In this document: positions 9,662 to 19,657 of the stretch, in pieces
How the letters are laid out: each line of letters opens with the position of its first letter
Numbering within the stretch: position 1 is the first letter of the stretch
Assembly: GCA_963422395.1 (NCBI GenBank)
Contig: OY729431.1
Location: 832,001-896,000 of the forward strand
Direction: 5' to 3'
Source: Vicinamibacteria bacterium
GTDB taxonomy: Bacteria; Acidobacteriota; Vicinamibacteria; Marinacidobacterales; Marinacidobacteraceae
Length of the DNA stretch: 64,000 bases
Made by a program: the position numbers and the translations under genes
Notes under the pieces: generated by a model
Told to the model about the DNA's origin: nothing
Seen by the model: the letters and a program-made list of their open reading frames with translations, nothing else
Databases searched by the model: none

Positions 9662-11086
9662 GTGACCGTTGCGCCGGTCACCGTCCTGGTGGTCCTCGGC
9701 TACCTCGCCGGGATCACCGCCTTCGGCATCTGGGTGGGTCGGCGCGACCGGAGCGTCAGCGGCTACTTCCTCGCCGGACGGTCGGCCCCCTTCTGGGCGG
9801 TCGCCGCCTGCATCGTCGCCACCGAGACCAGCGTCCTCACCTTCACCTCGGTCCCCGGCTTCGCCTACGAAGGGAACTTCGGCTTCCTGCAGCTCGCTTT
9901 CGGGTTCGTTCTGGGCCGGGTCGGGATCGCTCTGGTGCTGCTCCCCGCCTACTTCCGCGGCGAGGTGGTGACGACCTACGAACTCCTGCTGCAGCGCTTC
10001 GGGACCCGGGTGCGGAGTGCGGCGGCGGCGATCTTCCTCGTCTATCGGAACCTCGCCGACGGCGTCCGGCTCCATGCCGCGGCGCTCATGGTTTCCATCG
10101 TTGCCGGAGTGCCCGAATGGTGGTGCATCGTGGCCCTCGCCGCCGCGATGGTGGCGTTCTCCGAAGAGGGCGGGGTCAAGGCCACCATCTGGACCGATGT
10201 GCTCCAGCTCGGCGTGTATCTCGTCGGTGCGGGGGTGGTGGTCTGGGCGCTGTGGCAGGGGAGCGGCGCCGAACCGCTCGGCTGGGTCTCCGCCGCGCGC
10301 GAGGCCGGGAAGTTCGATGTCGTGCTTCCCGCGCTCGACTTCACCGTCCCCTACACGATCTGGGCGGGGGTCGTCGGCGGCTTCTTCCTCACCTTCGCCA
10401 CCCACGGAGCGGACCAGTACCTCGCCCAGCGCCTGCTTTCGGCGAAGTCGCTCCGCCACGCCCAGGCGGGTCTGATGCTCTCCGGGCTCGGCGCGCTCGT
10501 CCAGTTCGCGATCTTCCTCGGCATCGGGGCCTGGCTCTGGCATCACTACGGGGGTCGGGAGTTCGCCCGCCCCGACGAGGTGCTGCCCACTTTCGTCGCC
10601 GAAAACCTCTCCGGCGTCGCCGCCGGGGTGACGCTCGCGGCGGTGGTGGCGGCGGCGCTTTCCCCGTCGCTGGTGAGCCTCGCCTCGACCACGGTCCGGG
10701 ACTTCTGGCTCCCTTGGCGCCACCGGGTCCGCGCGGGGGCCGGGGACGCTCTCCAGGTTCGGGCCGGCCGCCGGTTCGTGGTGGTCTGGGGCATCGTGCA
10801 GACCGGAGTGGCGCTGGCCGCCCAGCGCGCGCCCTCGGCCCTCGAGGCTGGTCTCTCGGTGCTCTCCTACGCCTCCGGCCCGACGGTCGGGGCGTTTCTG
10901 CTGGCGGTGCTTTTCCGCCGGGCGGATCCGACCGCGGTGCTTCTCGGCATGGGGGGCGGATTCCTCGCTCCCGCGCTGATCCGGCTCGTCGGGTTCCCGC
11001 TCGCCTGGACCTGGGATGTGATGGTGGGTTCGATCGCTACCGCGGCCGTCGGCCTCGCCCTGAGCCGCTTCCGAGGCCGCAAGTGA
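9662..11086 (+). CDS. Sodium:solute symporter family protein
   Basis: YFLAGRS.P.WAV..SIVATETS-like motif, GGVKATIWTD, ~13 TM segments. Confidence 0.9.
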   Translation: MTVAPVTVLVVLGYLAGITAFGIWVGRRDRSVSGYFLAGRSAPFWAVAACIVATETSVLTFTSVPGFAYEGNFGFLQLAFGFVLGRVGIALVLLPAYFRGEVVTTYELLLQRFGTRVRSAAAAIFLVYRNLADGVRLHAAALMVSIVAGVPEWWCIVALAAAMVAFSEEGGVKATIWTDVLQLGVYLVGAGVVVWALWQGSGAEPLGWVSAAREAGKFDVVLPALDFTVPYTIWAGVVGGFFLTFATHGADQYLAQRLLSAKSLRHAQAGLMLSGLGALVQFAIFLGIGAWLWHHYGGREFARPDEVLPTFVAENLSGVAAGVTLAAVVAAALSPSLVSLASTTVRDFWLPWRHRVRAGAGDALQVRAGRRFVVVWGIVQTGVALAAQRAPSALEAGLSVLSYASGPTVGAFLLAVLFRRADPTAVLLGMGGGFLAPALIRLVGFPLAWTWDVMVGSIATAAVGLALSRFRGRK

Positions 11087-11163
11087 CCGATACGGCCGGT
11101 GGCGGCATCGGGCGGAATTCGGGGTGGTCGGGCCGGCGCTGCGGCACCGCCAGCCTCCCGTGC

Positions 11164-11634
11164 TCAACAGTTCTCCGCGTCGGACGAATCCAACCCGACG
11201 ACGCGAATCTCTTCGAACCGCTTGAAGTCGCGTGCGTTTCGGGTGATGACGGCTGCGATCCCATGCGCCATCATCGTGGCGATGATGTTCGCATCGTGGA
11301 TCAGTTTGCCCGAGAGGTCGTGGATCCGGGCAAGCCGGCGCAGTTGGCGCGCCGCTTCGGCGGTCTCGTCCACCAGGTGGAGGTGGCGCAGGAATTCGTT
11401 CGCATTCGCTACGGCGTCACGGGCCCCGAGCCCCAGCCCATTGCTCTCCGGGGGCCGTGTCGCCACCACCAGATACTCGCGGAGGATCTGGCCGCTCAGC
11501 ACCAGGGGCCGGCCCCGCGGGCCGGATCCGGCCAAAAACCGCGCTGCCTCATCGTGCAGCGGGCGGGATTCGTCGGTCGCCGTCAGCAGGATGTTCGTGT
11601 CCACGAACAGGGTTTCAGCGACCGCCGGCGCCAT
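11164..11634 (-). CDS. VapC/PIN-domain toxin
   Basis: FVDTNILL, E, HDANIIATM, ITRNARDF PIN motifs. Confidence 0.9.
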   Translation of the reverse strand: MAPAVAETLFVDTNILLTATDESRPLHDEAARFLAGSGPRGRPLVLSGQILREYLVVATRPPESNGLGLGARDAVANANEFLRHLHLVDETAEAARQLRRLARIHDLSGKLIHDANIIATMMAHGIAAVITRNARDFKRFEEIRVVGLDSSDAENC

Positions 11635-11845
11635 AGATCTCTTCCCTCGTCCACGAGGTCTCCTGCCCGGTACGGACGGTCACCAGATCGAGTCTTCGAA
11701 CGCGGTCTTCCGGCGGCGCCATCGCCGCCGCCCGATCGAGGAGTGCCCGCAGTTCCCCCTGCAGCGACCGATGGTGGCTGCGCGCCAACCGCTTCAGCGC
11801 CTCGAGGGTGGGCTGTGGCACATCCCGAATGTGTATCGAACGCAT
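11615..11845 (-). CDS. FitA-like ribbon-helix-helix antitoxin
   Basis: SIHIRDVP...LKRLARSHHRSLQGELRALL; overlaps the PIN gene. Confidence 0.85.
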   Translation of the reverse strand: MRSIHIRDVPQPTLEALKRLARSHHRSLQGELRALLDRAAAMAPPEDRVRRLDLVTVRTGQETSWTREEIYGAGGR

Positions 11846-11848
11846 ATC

Positions 11849-11865
11849 GGTAGCATATCGCTACC
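11849..11865 (-). promoter_or_regulatory. Putative TA operator overlapping a -10 box
   Basis: Inverted repeat GGTAGC-N5-GCTACC; minus-strand TATGCT 6 nt before the antitoxin ATG. Confidence 0.6.
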
Positions 11866-11934
11866 ATGCCGCCTCCGAGTCCGGACCGCTATGACAACGA
11901 GGTCGACGACAGAGTCGAAGTCGAAGCCAAACCG

Positions 11935-13500
11935 ATGACCGGTCTCGGGAGAGCGCTCGGCGGCTTCCGCTCCTGGCGGACGCTTTCGGTCACCCTGCTC
12001 TCCTTCTCGTCGGGGCTGCCGCTGGGCCTCGTCTGGTACGCGATCCCCGATTGGATGCGCGATGCGGGGGTGGACATCCGCATCGTCGGGCTCTTCAACC
12101 TGGCGCAGATCCCCTGGGCCTTCAAGGTCCTCTGGTCGCCGTTCATGGACCGTTATGTCCCCGGTTTCTGGGGCCGGCGGCGGGGCTGGATGGCAGTTGC
12201 GCAGGTGGCGCTGCTCGCTCTCGGTCTGCTGCTCGCCGGGGTCGGGGATCACCCGGACGCACTCTGGATGGTGGCGGCGCTGGCTCTCGCGGTGGCGATC
12301 GCCTCCGCTTCGCAGGACATCGCGGTGGACGCCTACGCGGTGGAGGTCCTGCGCCCCGAGGAGCACGGAGCGGCGGTGGGAGCCCGGACCGCGCTCTACC
12401 GGGCGGCGATGCTGGTCGCCGGAGGCGGGGCCATCAGCCTGGCGGCCTCGTGGGGCTGGGGCGCGGTGAACGCGCTGCTCGGCCTGATCTACCTGCCGCT
12501 GCTCGTCGTCACCTGGCGTGCCCCGGAGCCCGAAGACCGCCCCGCTCCGCCCCGGCGCCTCGCCGATGCGGTCTGGAAACCGTTTCTGGAAGCGCTCTCC
12601 CGGCCTCGCGCTCTCGAGATCCTCGCCTTCGTCTTCTTCTACAAGTTCGCCGACAACCTCGCCCAGGCGCTGACCCGGCCGTTCCTGATCGACATGGGGT
12701 ACGGCGCTGCGCACCGCGGGATCGCACTCGGTACCGTGGGCCTCTTCGCCACGGTCGCCGGAACCTTCGCCGGGGGTCTCTTCACCACCGCCTTCGGGCT
12801 CGGCCCTGCGCTGTGGCTCTTCGGCGGGCTCCAGATCTTCTCGAACCTCGGGTACTTCTTCGTCGCCGGGGCGGATGGCGGTCTTTCGTGGATGTACGGC
12901 GCCGCCGCTTTCGAGCTGCTGACCGGGGGGCTCGGCACCGGGGCCTTTTCGGTGCTGCTGCTGCGGATCACCGAGAAGCGCTTTTCCGCCACGCAGTACG
13001 CCCTCTTCTCCGGCCTCTTCGCGCTGCCGCGTCTGCTCGCCGGCCCGTTCAGCGGCTTCTGGGTGGACGCGCTGGGCTGGCGGACCTTCTTCCTCTCCAC
13101 GATGGCGATGGGAATCCCCGGTCTGGTCCTCCTGCACCGTTTCTCGCCGCTCGGAGTCCGCGATCCGAAGATCCTCCTCGGCGGCGGGGAGGAACCGGCG
13201 GCGCCTCCGGTCTCTTCGGGCCTCTTCTTGGGACGCCTTTCGTTCTCGGCGCTTTTCGGAGGCGGGGTGGTGTTCGCCTTCGCGGTGCTGCTCGGCGCCC
13301 TCAAGGCGCTGCGTCTCGATCCGGACTCCGGTTTCTCGCTCGCCGCCGGGCTCGAACCCATCCTGAACCCCGCTTCGTTCGAGGATTGGGTGCAAGTCGC
13401 CGGAATCCTGGTGCTCGCTCTCGTATCCGGCCTTTTCGGCGCCGCGTTCGGCGTCGCCCGGAGTCGGAGCGGACCGCCCGTATCTCCGCTCCCCGGCTAG
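11935..13500 (+). CDS. ampG: AmpG family muropeptide MFS permease
   Basis: SFSSGLPLGL, PWAFKVLWSPFMDR, SASQDIAVDAY, FSATQYAL; start could be 11866. Confidence 0.85.
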   Translation: MTGLGRALGGFRSWRTLSVTLLSFSSGLPLGLVWYAIPDWMRDAGVDIRIVGLFNLAQIPWAFKVLWSPFMDRYVPGFWGRRRGWMAVAQVALLALGLLLAGVGDHPDALWMVAALALAVAIASASQDIAVDAYAVEVLRPEEHGAAVGARTALYRAAMLVAGGGAISLAASWGWGAVNALLGLIYLPLLVVTWRAPEPEDRPAPPRRLADAVWKPFLEALSRPRALEILAFVFFYKFADNLAQALTRPFLIDMGYGAAHRGIALGTVGLFATVAGTFAGGLFTTAFGLGPALWLFGGLQIFSNLGYFFVAGADGGLSWMYGAAAFELLTGGLGTGAFSVLLLRITEKRFSATQYALFSGLFALPRLLAGPFSGFWVDALGWRTFFLSTMAMGIPGLVLLHRFSPLGVRDPKILLGGGEEPAAPPVSSGLFLGRLSFSALFGGGVVFAFAVLLGALKALRLDPDSGFSLAAGLEPILNPASFEDWVQVAGILVLALVSGLFGAAFGVARSRSGPPVSPLPG

Positions 13501-13510
13501 ATTCCCGGCC

Positions 13511-15694
13511 ATGAACGGGGTGCGCTCCGCCGCCGGTATCCTCGCGCTCTTCGGCGCCGCGTTCCCCGCGGCGGGGTTCGAGGGCCGCGCGCTGCTCCCG
13601 GACGGCAGCCCGGCGGCGGGCGCGCTGGTCCAGATCCTCGGGCACCCGGGTTCCGCGACCACCGACGCCGACGGACGCTTCGAATGGCTGCCGGACCCGG
13701 CGCTTCCCTTCCAGGTCCTCGTAGTGCTGCCCGGAGAGCGCTACACGACACCGGTCTTCGTGGAATCGCTCGACGAACCGGTCGAGATCCGGGTGGAGAT
13801 CCGGGTCTTTCGCGAGAGCGTCACGATCACGAGCGGCGCGGTGCCGCACACCGAGGCTCCCCCCGGCAGTGCTCCGGCGGTCGTTTCGGGGGAGGCGATC
13901 CGCACTCGGCAGGCGCCGCGGCTGACCGATGTGCTGGAGGCGGTGCCGGGGAGCGCCCGCAGCAGCGACCTCCATGCCGGAGTCCCCTCGATCCGGGGTC
14001 TCTCGCGCGGACGGACGGTGCTGCTTCTCGACGGGGCGCGGGTCACCACGGAGCGCCGCGCCGGCGCGAGCGCGACCTTCCTCGATCCCTTCTTCCTCGA
14101 GGCAGTGGAAGTGGTGCGGGGGCCGTCGTCGGTGGCGTACGGGTCCGATGCTTTCGGTGGAGTGATCCACGCCCGCACGAAGCGCCCGATCCCGGGGGAC
14201 CCCCTCGCCGTCCGCGGCCGCGCCACCTGGGGAGCGGGCCTCCCGGAAGCCAGCTTCGGGGCGGAGGTCTCCGGCAGCGCGTTCGGCACCGGCCTGCTCT
14301 TCCAGACGAGGCGGCGGGTCTTCTCCGAATACGAGAGTCCCGAAGGGACGGTGCCCGGCTCGGGAGCCGAGGACTTCGGGTTCCTGTTGCGCGGCGCCCG
14401 TGAACTGGGCGGCGGTCTGCTCAGCGCCTCGCTCCAGTACGACGCCGGCCGACGGATCGGCCGTCCGCGCCGGACCGAGTCCTTCGTCTCCTATCCGAAC
14501 GAAGACTCTCTGCGGCTGGTCACCGACTACCGCTTCCTGCCCCGCTGGGGTTTCGCCCGGCTCGACATGACCGGGTTCCTCGGAGCGCACCGACTCGAGA
14601 CCCGCCGCGAACTCGCGGCCGAGGCTGCCGAATCCGAAGTCGCTGCGCACGACTTCATGTTCCGCGGCCGCGGCATCCGCCCGCTCGGGCAGGGCCGGCT
14701 GGAACTGGGCGCGGAATTCCTCTCCCGCTTCGACATCTATTCCGAGACCCGGGTGTCCGGGTTCGTCTCCTTTCCCGAAATGCCGCCGGAGCGGTCCGGG
14801 CTCGACGGTGCCCGGCGCAGCGAGGCATCGCTCTACGGTCACGCAGAAACGCCGCTCGCTTCCCGTGTCTCCGGAAGCGCCGGTGCGCGTCTTTCGGCGG
14901 TCACCACGCGCTCGGGGGCTGCCCCCAGTGCTGACCGGGCCGGCACCAGCCACGGCGCTCTCAGCGGTTTTCTCGCGCTGCGCGCCGACCTCCTCCGGGG
15001 AGTGGCTCTCACCGGCCAGATTTCGCGCGGTTTCCGGGATCCCACGCTTTCGGACCGCTACTACATCGGCCTCTCCGGGCGGGGGCTCGTCCACGGCAAC
15101 CCGCGCCTCCTTCCGGAGCGGGCGCTCCAGGCGGACTTCTCTCTCCGCCTCGACCGGAACGGGGTCGTAGGCGGCCTCTACGCCTACCGCTATCGGATCA
15201 CCGACCTCGTCGAGCGTTACGCCGATGGCGTAGATCTCTACTTCTTCCGCAATCGCGGTGAGGCGCACCTTTCGGGGCTCGAACTCGAGATCCAGCTCGG
15301 TACGCCATCCGACCCGTTCCGTTTCGACCTCGCCGCCGGCCTCATCCGCGGGACCGCCGAGGACGGAAGCGCCCTCGACGGCGTCCCGCCGGCGAACTTC
15401 CGGGCCGGCCTCCGCCGCCGGCTCCACACCCGCTCCTTCGCCGAGGTCGTCTTTCTCGGTTTCACCGCCGACCGGAGTCCGGGGCCAACCGAGGCCGCAT
15501 CGGAAGCCTACGCCCGGCTCGACGCCGCGCTCGGCATTCCGCTCGCCGGAGGCGCCGAACTGCGTCTCTCCGGGAGGAATCTGCTGAACGCCGCCTACCC
15601 GATCAGCGCTGACGCCCGCGCCGTGCTCGCCCCTGGACGCAGCGTGGTCGGCACCATCGTCTGGACGCTGGGTTCGGATCGCGCGGCCCCCTGA
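13511..15694 (+). CDS. TonB-dependent receptor
   Basis: Signal peptide, plug motifs (SIRGLS..RTVLLLDG; VEVVRGPSSVAYGSDAFGGVI), C-terminal NLLN..Y...PGRS. Confidence 0.9.
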   Translation: MNGVRSAAGILALFGAAFPAAGFEGRALLPDGSPAAGALVQILGHPGSATTDADGRFEWLPDPALPFQVLVVLPGERYTTPVFVESLDEPVEIRVEIRVFRESVTITSGAVPHTEAPPGSAPAVVSGEAIRTRQAPRLTDVLEAVPGSARSSDLHAGVPSIRGLSRGRTVLLLDGARVTTERRAGASATFLDPFFLEAVEVVRGPSSVAYGSDAFGGVIHARTKRPIPGDPLAVRGRATWGAGLPEASFGAEVSGSAFGTGLLFQTRRRVFSEYESPEGTVPGSGAEDFGFLLRGARELGGGLLSASLQYDAGRRIGRPRRTESFVSYPNEDSLRLVTDYRFLPRWGFARLDMTGFLGAHRLETRRELAAEAAESEVAAHDFMFRGRGIRPLGQGRLELGAEFLSRFDIYSETRVSGFVSFPEMPPERSGLDGARRSEASLYGHAETPLASRVSGSAGARLSAVTTRSGAAPSADRAGTSHGALSGFLALRADLLRGVALTGQISRGFRDPTLSDRYYIGLSGRGLVHGNPRLLPERALQADFSLRLDRNGVVGGLYAYRYRITDLVERYADGVDLYFFRNRGEAHLSGLELEIQLGTPSDPFRFDLAAGLIRGTAEDGSALDGVPPANFRAGLRRRLHTRSFAEVVFLGFTADRSPGPTEAASEAYARLDAALGIPLAGGAELRLSGRNLLNAAYPISADARAVLAPGRSVVGTIVWTLGSDRAAP

Positions 15695-15725
15695 CCGAGA
15701 CCTGACCGGGAGCACCGGGCCGGAG

Positions 15726-16355
15726 TCACGGCTCGCGCCGGACTCCGAATCGCCCGAGGGAAATGCGGCACGGCTTCGGGTTCAGGATCGTTTCGGTACC
15801 GAGATCGGCCGTCGTTCTGATGAACGCAAAGCCCCGGATCTCTGCGTCCGGGAAGGCTTCGCGCAGCCGAGCGGCAGCGCCGAGCATCGTTGCACCCCGC
15901 GTCAACACATCGTCGACAACTGTGATTCTCCCGGGCACATCCGAAACACCCGCGGCGACCCCGAGAGAGTCGTAGTGATGCTGGTGCGTCGGACGCTGAC
16001 CGGGTAGTGCATACGCCGACTTGGGGACGCGGCACTCTCGAACCAGCCGGATGCTCGTTCGTCGCCCCAGACCTTGCCCAACGAGCCCCTCGACGAGGAG
16101 CTCACCGACCCATAGGTCGCTTTCGTTTCGGCGACGAGGTGCGTGCCCCGGCATCGGTAGGAGGACGGAGTCGGAATCAAGGACCTTCCGTTCTCGGGCG
16201 ATGGCGCCGATCTTCCCGATCGCCCGACCGATGGCCTTTTCGTCACCGCGTTTCAGTGCATGGCAGAACTGCCTCGACTGCTTGGCGACTGTGCTATCCC
16301 CTCGGGGTGAATACGCGAAGGCGGTGTCGCAGACGAGCTCAGAGAACGAGTCCAT
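15726..16355 (-). CDS. Phosphoribosyltransferase-domain protein (ComF/ShosT-like)
   Basis: PRPP-binding ITVVDDVLTRGATM; overlaps the DprA-like gene. Confidence 0.8.
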   Translation of the reverse strand: MDSFSELVCDTAFAYSPRGDSTVAKQSRQFCHALKRGDEKAIGRAIGKIGAIARERKVLDSDSVLLPMPGHAPRRRNESDLWVGELLVEGLVGQGLGRRTSIRLVRECRVPKSAYALPGQRPTHQHHYDSLGVAAGVSDVPGRITVVDDVLTRGATMLGAAARLREAFPDAEIRGFAFIRTTADLGTETILNPKPCRISLGRFGVRREP

Positions 16356-17079
16356 CGATGTGGGTCCGCTCGGGCACCGCGTCGAGCCAATAACCGACCT
16401 CGTTCAGCGAAAGCGGTTCGGCTCCGTAACGGATCTGTTCCAGGGTCCACTCGGCGGGGTTTTCGGCCAGCGGCTTCAGAATCGCCAGATCGCGGCCCAG
16501 CCGGATCGCTTCCCATCCCTGGTGCCGGGTCCCGCTTCCGGGTCCCGCAGCGACGATCAGGGTGGCGTCGCACAGGAGCGCCATAGTGCGGTTGCGCCTG
16601 ACGAAGTTGCCGGGCTTCACCGGGGCGCCGTCGTCGAACTGGGAGACGGCGAGATGCTCCTTCATGATGCGGTGCTGGAGTGCCTCGTTCGACTTCGGGT
16701 AAACCTCCGAGAGCCCGGTTCCGAGGACGGCCACCGTCCGGCCGCCGCATTCGACGGCTGTTTCGTGCGCGACGGTATCGATCCCTTCTGCGAGCCCGCT
16801 CAGCACGGTGATGCCTCGATCCACGATTTCCTTGGTCAGGAGGTAAGCCCGTTCCTGCTCGTCCCGACTGGCGCGGCGCGAGCCCACGACGGAGATCCGC
16901 CGCCCTCTCGAAAGGAGTGAGCGGTCCCCTGCCAGATGGAGGTGTCGGGGTGCGTTCTTCTGCTCCACCTCGTTGAGCGGCCCCAGAACCTCCCGGATAT
17001 CGATCCGGCTCCCGTCGGCGGGCTGCGGGGGCGGCGGTGCGCCGGTCCCGAACAGGGCGCGGCTTCGGGCCTCGGCCAT
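16339..17079 (-). CDS. Short DprA/Smf (SLOG) domain protein
   Basis: SVVGSRRAS, VLSGLAEGIDTVAH, AVLGTGL, NFVRRNR, GSGT; no C-terminal winged helix. Confidence 0.85.
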   Translation of the reverse strand: MAEARSRALFGTGAPPPPQPADGSRIDIREVLGPLNEVEQKNAPRHLHLAGDRSLLSRGRRISVVGSRRASRDEQERAYLLTKEIVDRGITVLSGLAEGIDTVAHETAVECGGRTVAVLGTGLSEVYPKSNEALQHRIMKEHLAVSQFDDGAPVKPGNFVRRNRTMALLCDATLIVAAGPGSGTRHQGWEAIRLGRDLAILKPLAENPAEWTLEQIRYGAEPLSLNEVGYWLDAVPERTHIDGLVL

Positions 17080-17099
17080 TGGGGTTTTCGGGGCGGTGG

Positions 17100-18377
17100 T
17101 CAGGCGGTGATCAGGGGGCGGAGGGCCTTCAGGCCGGCGAGGGCGCGTTCGATGTGTTCCGCAGTGTTGTAGAGGTGGGGAGAGAGGCGGAAGCCGCCGG
17201 AAGTCGAGCCGGCGATGCCGAACTCCTCGTACATCCGGGAGAAGACTTCGCGGCGGGAAGCGGCGGGAACCTCGAGGATCACCACCCCGGCGGAAAGTGC
17301 CTCGTCCATCGGGGTCACGAGAGCGATTCCGATTTCGCGGATGCCTTCCTTGAGGCGGCGCGCCAGCGCCAGCATCCGTTTCTCGATCCGGGCGGGACCG
17401 ATCTCACCGTGGAAGGCGGCGGTCAGGCCCATGGCGGCGAGGCAGGCGTCGTCGCGCTGGCCCATGGATTCGAATTTCCTCGCGCCTGCGGGGTCGGGGT
17501 CGGTGTCCCCGCCCCAGCCGGGAGCGACGATCGAGGGCCAGATCTTCGGGATGACGGCTGAGCGGACGGCGAGCACCCCGCACTCCTTGGGTCCGCAGAA
17601 CCATTTATGGGAGCTGCTTGCGAAGGTATCGGCGCCGAGGGCCGGGACATCCACCGAGAGTCCGCCGAAACTCTGGGCGCCGTCCACATGTACATGGATT
17701 CCCTGCTCCCGAGCGGCCTCGGCGATCCGGCGGACGGGAAGCCGGACACCCGATACATTCGAAACCTGGGTGATCGCGAGCACCCGGGTATTCGGCTGGA
17801 ACGCCTCGAGGAACGGAGCGGCGAGATCCGCTTCACCGGACGGCGCCTTCGGGACCCCCACCCGGCGTACCGAGAATCCCGAGCGTGCGGCGCGGACATC
17901 CCACGCCACCTGGTTCGTGGGGTGGTTCTGGTCCCAGAGCAGCACTTCGTCGCCCTCGCCGAGGGCGAGCCCCGCGTTCACGATGTTGTTCGCTTCGCTG
18001 GTGTTGCGGACGAGCGCGAGTTCGTCGGCGTGGACCCCAAGCTGCGCCGCCACCGCTTCCCGGGCGGCCTCGCGCAGGTCGTTGAACTTGCCGCGGTTCT
18101 GGAACGAGCAGTCGCGGTCGATATCGCGGGTGAGCTCGCTCACCCGGTCGGCTACCGCCCGCGGCGAGGGGCACAGGTTCGCGGCGTTCATCGGCACCCG
18201 GTCTTCCTCGAAGGGAAACGCACGGCGCACCTGACGGAAGAGGGCCTCGTCGTCCGCCGCTGCGCTCCGGGCCAGCGGGGCGAGAGCCGGGAACGCCGCC
18301 GCTGCCCGCAGGAAAGCGCGCCGGCTGGTGGTGTTCCCGGTGGGATTCCTCGTCGGTTTCTTCGGGCGGATCGTCAT
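17100..18377 (-). CDS. Tat-exported class V aminotransferase (isopenicillin N epimerase/NifS-like)
   Basis: SRRAFL Tat motif; RNTSEA, HVDGAQ, SSSHKW PLP lysine. Confidence 0.85.
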   Translation of the reverse strand: MTIRPKKPTRNPTGNTTSRRAFLRAAAAFPALAPLARSAAADDEALFRQVRRAFPFEEDRVPMNAANLCPSPRAVADRVSELTRDIDRDCSFQNRGKFNDLREAAREAVAAQLGVHADELALVRNTSEANNIVNAGLALGEGDEVLLWDQNHPTNQVAWDVRAARSGFSVRRVGVPKAPSGEADLAAPFLEAFQPNTRVLAITQVSNVSGVRLPVRRIAEAAREQGIHVHVDGAQSFGGLSVDVPALGADTFASSSHKWFCGPKECGVLAVRSAVIPKIWPSIVAPGWGGDTDPDPAGARKFESMGQRDDACLAAMGLTAAFHGEIGPARIEKRMLALARRLKEGIREIGIALVTPMDEALSAGVVILEVPAASRREVFSRMYEEFGIAGSTSGGFRLSPHLYNTAEHIERALAGLKALRPLITA

Positions 18378-18400
18378 GGGGAGCCCCTCCGCGAGCGAGT

Positions 18401-19588
18401 CTAGCGGGTTGTGGGGGAGGCGGTCGGCTGGCCTTCCTCCGGCATTTCGGCGCTGCCGCTGCTGATGATCCGGCGGAAGAGGAGAGGGCAGCTGATCGAG
18501 GTCACTGCCGCGATCAGAACCGCGATGGCGCGGTCCTGCTGGTCGAGGAGGCCGAGTTCCAGGCCCACCGTCGCCACCGCTACCACGATGCTCAGCCGGG
18601 CGGAAAGCAGGAACCCGGCAGCCGCCGTGGCGCGCAGCGAAAAGCCCCAGATCAGGTAGAGGAGCGCGGGGAAGAACTTGACCAGGAAGGCCACCACGAT
18701 GATGACCCCGGCGCGCGCCAACACCTCACGGTCGAGCAGGGTTTCGACATCGAACCGGATGCCCACATTGATGAAGAAGATGGGAATCAGGAAGCCCCAG
18801 GAAATTCCCGAGAGCTGGCTGCGAAGGCCTTCCGGAGGCTGGAAGAGCAGGGCGAAGACGCCCCCGGCGAGAAACGCGGCGAGGATCGGCTCCACATCGA
18901 GCGCGGTGGAGAGGCCCACGAAAATGAGCAGCAGGGCGAGCGCGCCGCGGATCCCCATTTCCTCGGGGTCGTCACGCCGGAAGAGGCGCGCCGCCCGCCG
19001 CGGATGCCACCAGAGGAGGAGCTTCATCACCCGGAGCACGAGCACCACCGCAAAGAGCAGTGCCGGCCCGCCGACGAGCTCGATCCCCCAGCCGTCGCGC
19101 GCCCAGATCGTGATCTCGGCGACCAGCAGCAGGGTGACCAGATCGGCGATCACCGCTGCGAACAGGATCGCCTGCCCGAGGCTCTTCGTGGTGATCCCGG
19201 TGCTTCGGAGGCTCGGGAGCACGAGCGCCACTGAGGTGGTGGCGAGTACGGGCACGTAGAAGATGGCGAGGCCGAGCCATGCAGTGGCGAGGAAGGACAG
19301 CGTGAGCGTTCCGGCGAAGACGGCGAGCGCTTGCAGGACGGGACGGGCCCCGCCCCGCCGCAGCGCCGGGAAGTCGATCTCGAACCCGGCCAGGAACATC
19401 AGCATGAGGAGACCGAGTTCGCCGATCTGATCCAGCAGCTCAGTGCCGTGGACGAGGCCGAGCAGTGGTCCGACGACGACTCCGAACAGGATCTCGAGCA
19501 CCACCGCAGGTGCCCGGACCCAGCTGGCGAGGGCAGGCAGGATGAAGGCGGCGATGCCGATGACCACCAGCGTCCCGGAACCGTCCAT
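18401..19588 (-). CDS. CPA2 cation:proton antiporter
   Basis: EILFGVVVGP, LMFLAGFEID, FLIPIFFINVG; multi-TM. Confidence 0.85.
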   Translation of the reverse strand: MDGSGTLVVIGIAAFILPALASWVRAPAVVLEILFGVVVGPLLGLVHGTELLDQIGELGLLMLMFLAGFEIDFPALRRGGARPVLQALAVFAGTLTLSFLATAWLGLAIFYVPVLATTSVALVLPSLRSTGITTKSLGQAILFAAVIADLVTLLLVAEITIWARDGWGIELVGGPALLFAVVLVLRVMKLLLWWHPRRAARLFRRDDPEEMGIRGALALLLIFVGLSTALDVEPILAAFLAGGVFALLFQPPEGLRSQLSGISWGFLIPIFFINVGIRFDVETLLDREVLARAGVIIVVAFLVKFFPALLYLIWGFSLRATAAAGFLLSARLSIVVAVATVGLELGLLDQQDRAIAVLIAAVTSISCPLLFRRIISSGSAEMPEEGQPTASPTTR

Positions 19589-19657
19589 CAGCTCTTCACC
19601 ATCCGGAATCGCTGCCTGATGCGCCCCCGTTCTTCTTTTTCCAGGGGGGAGGGGGAG

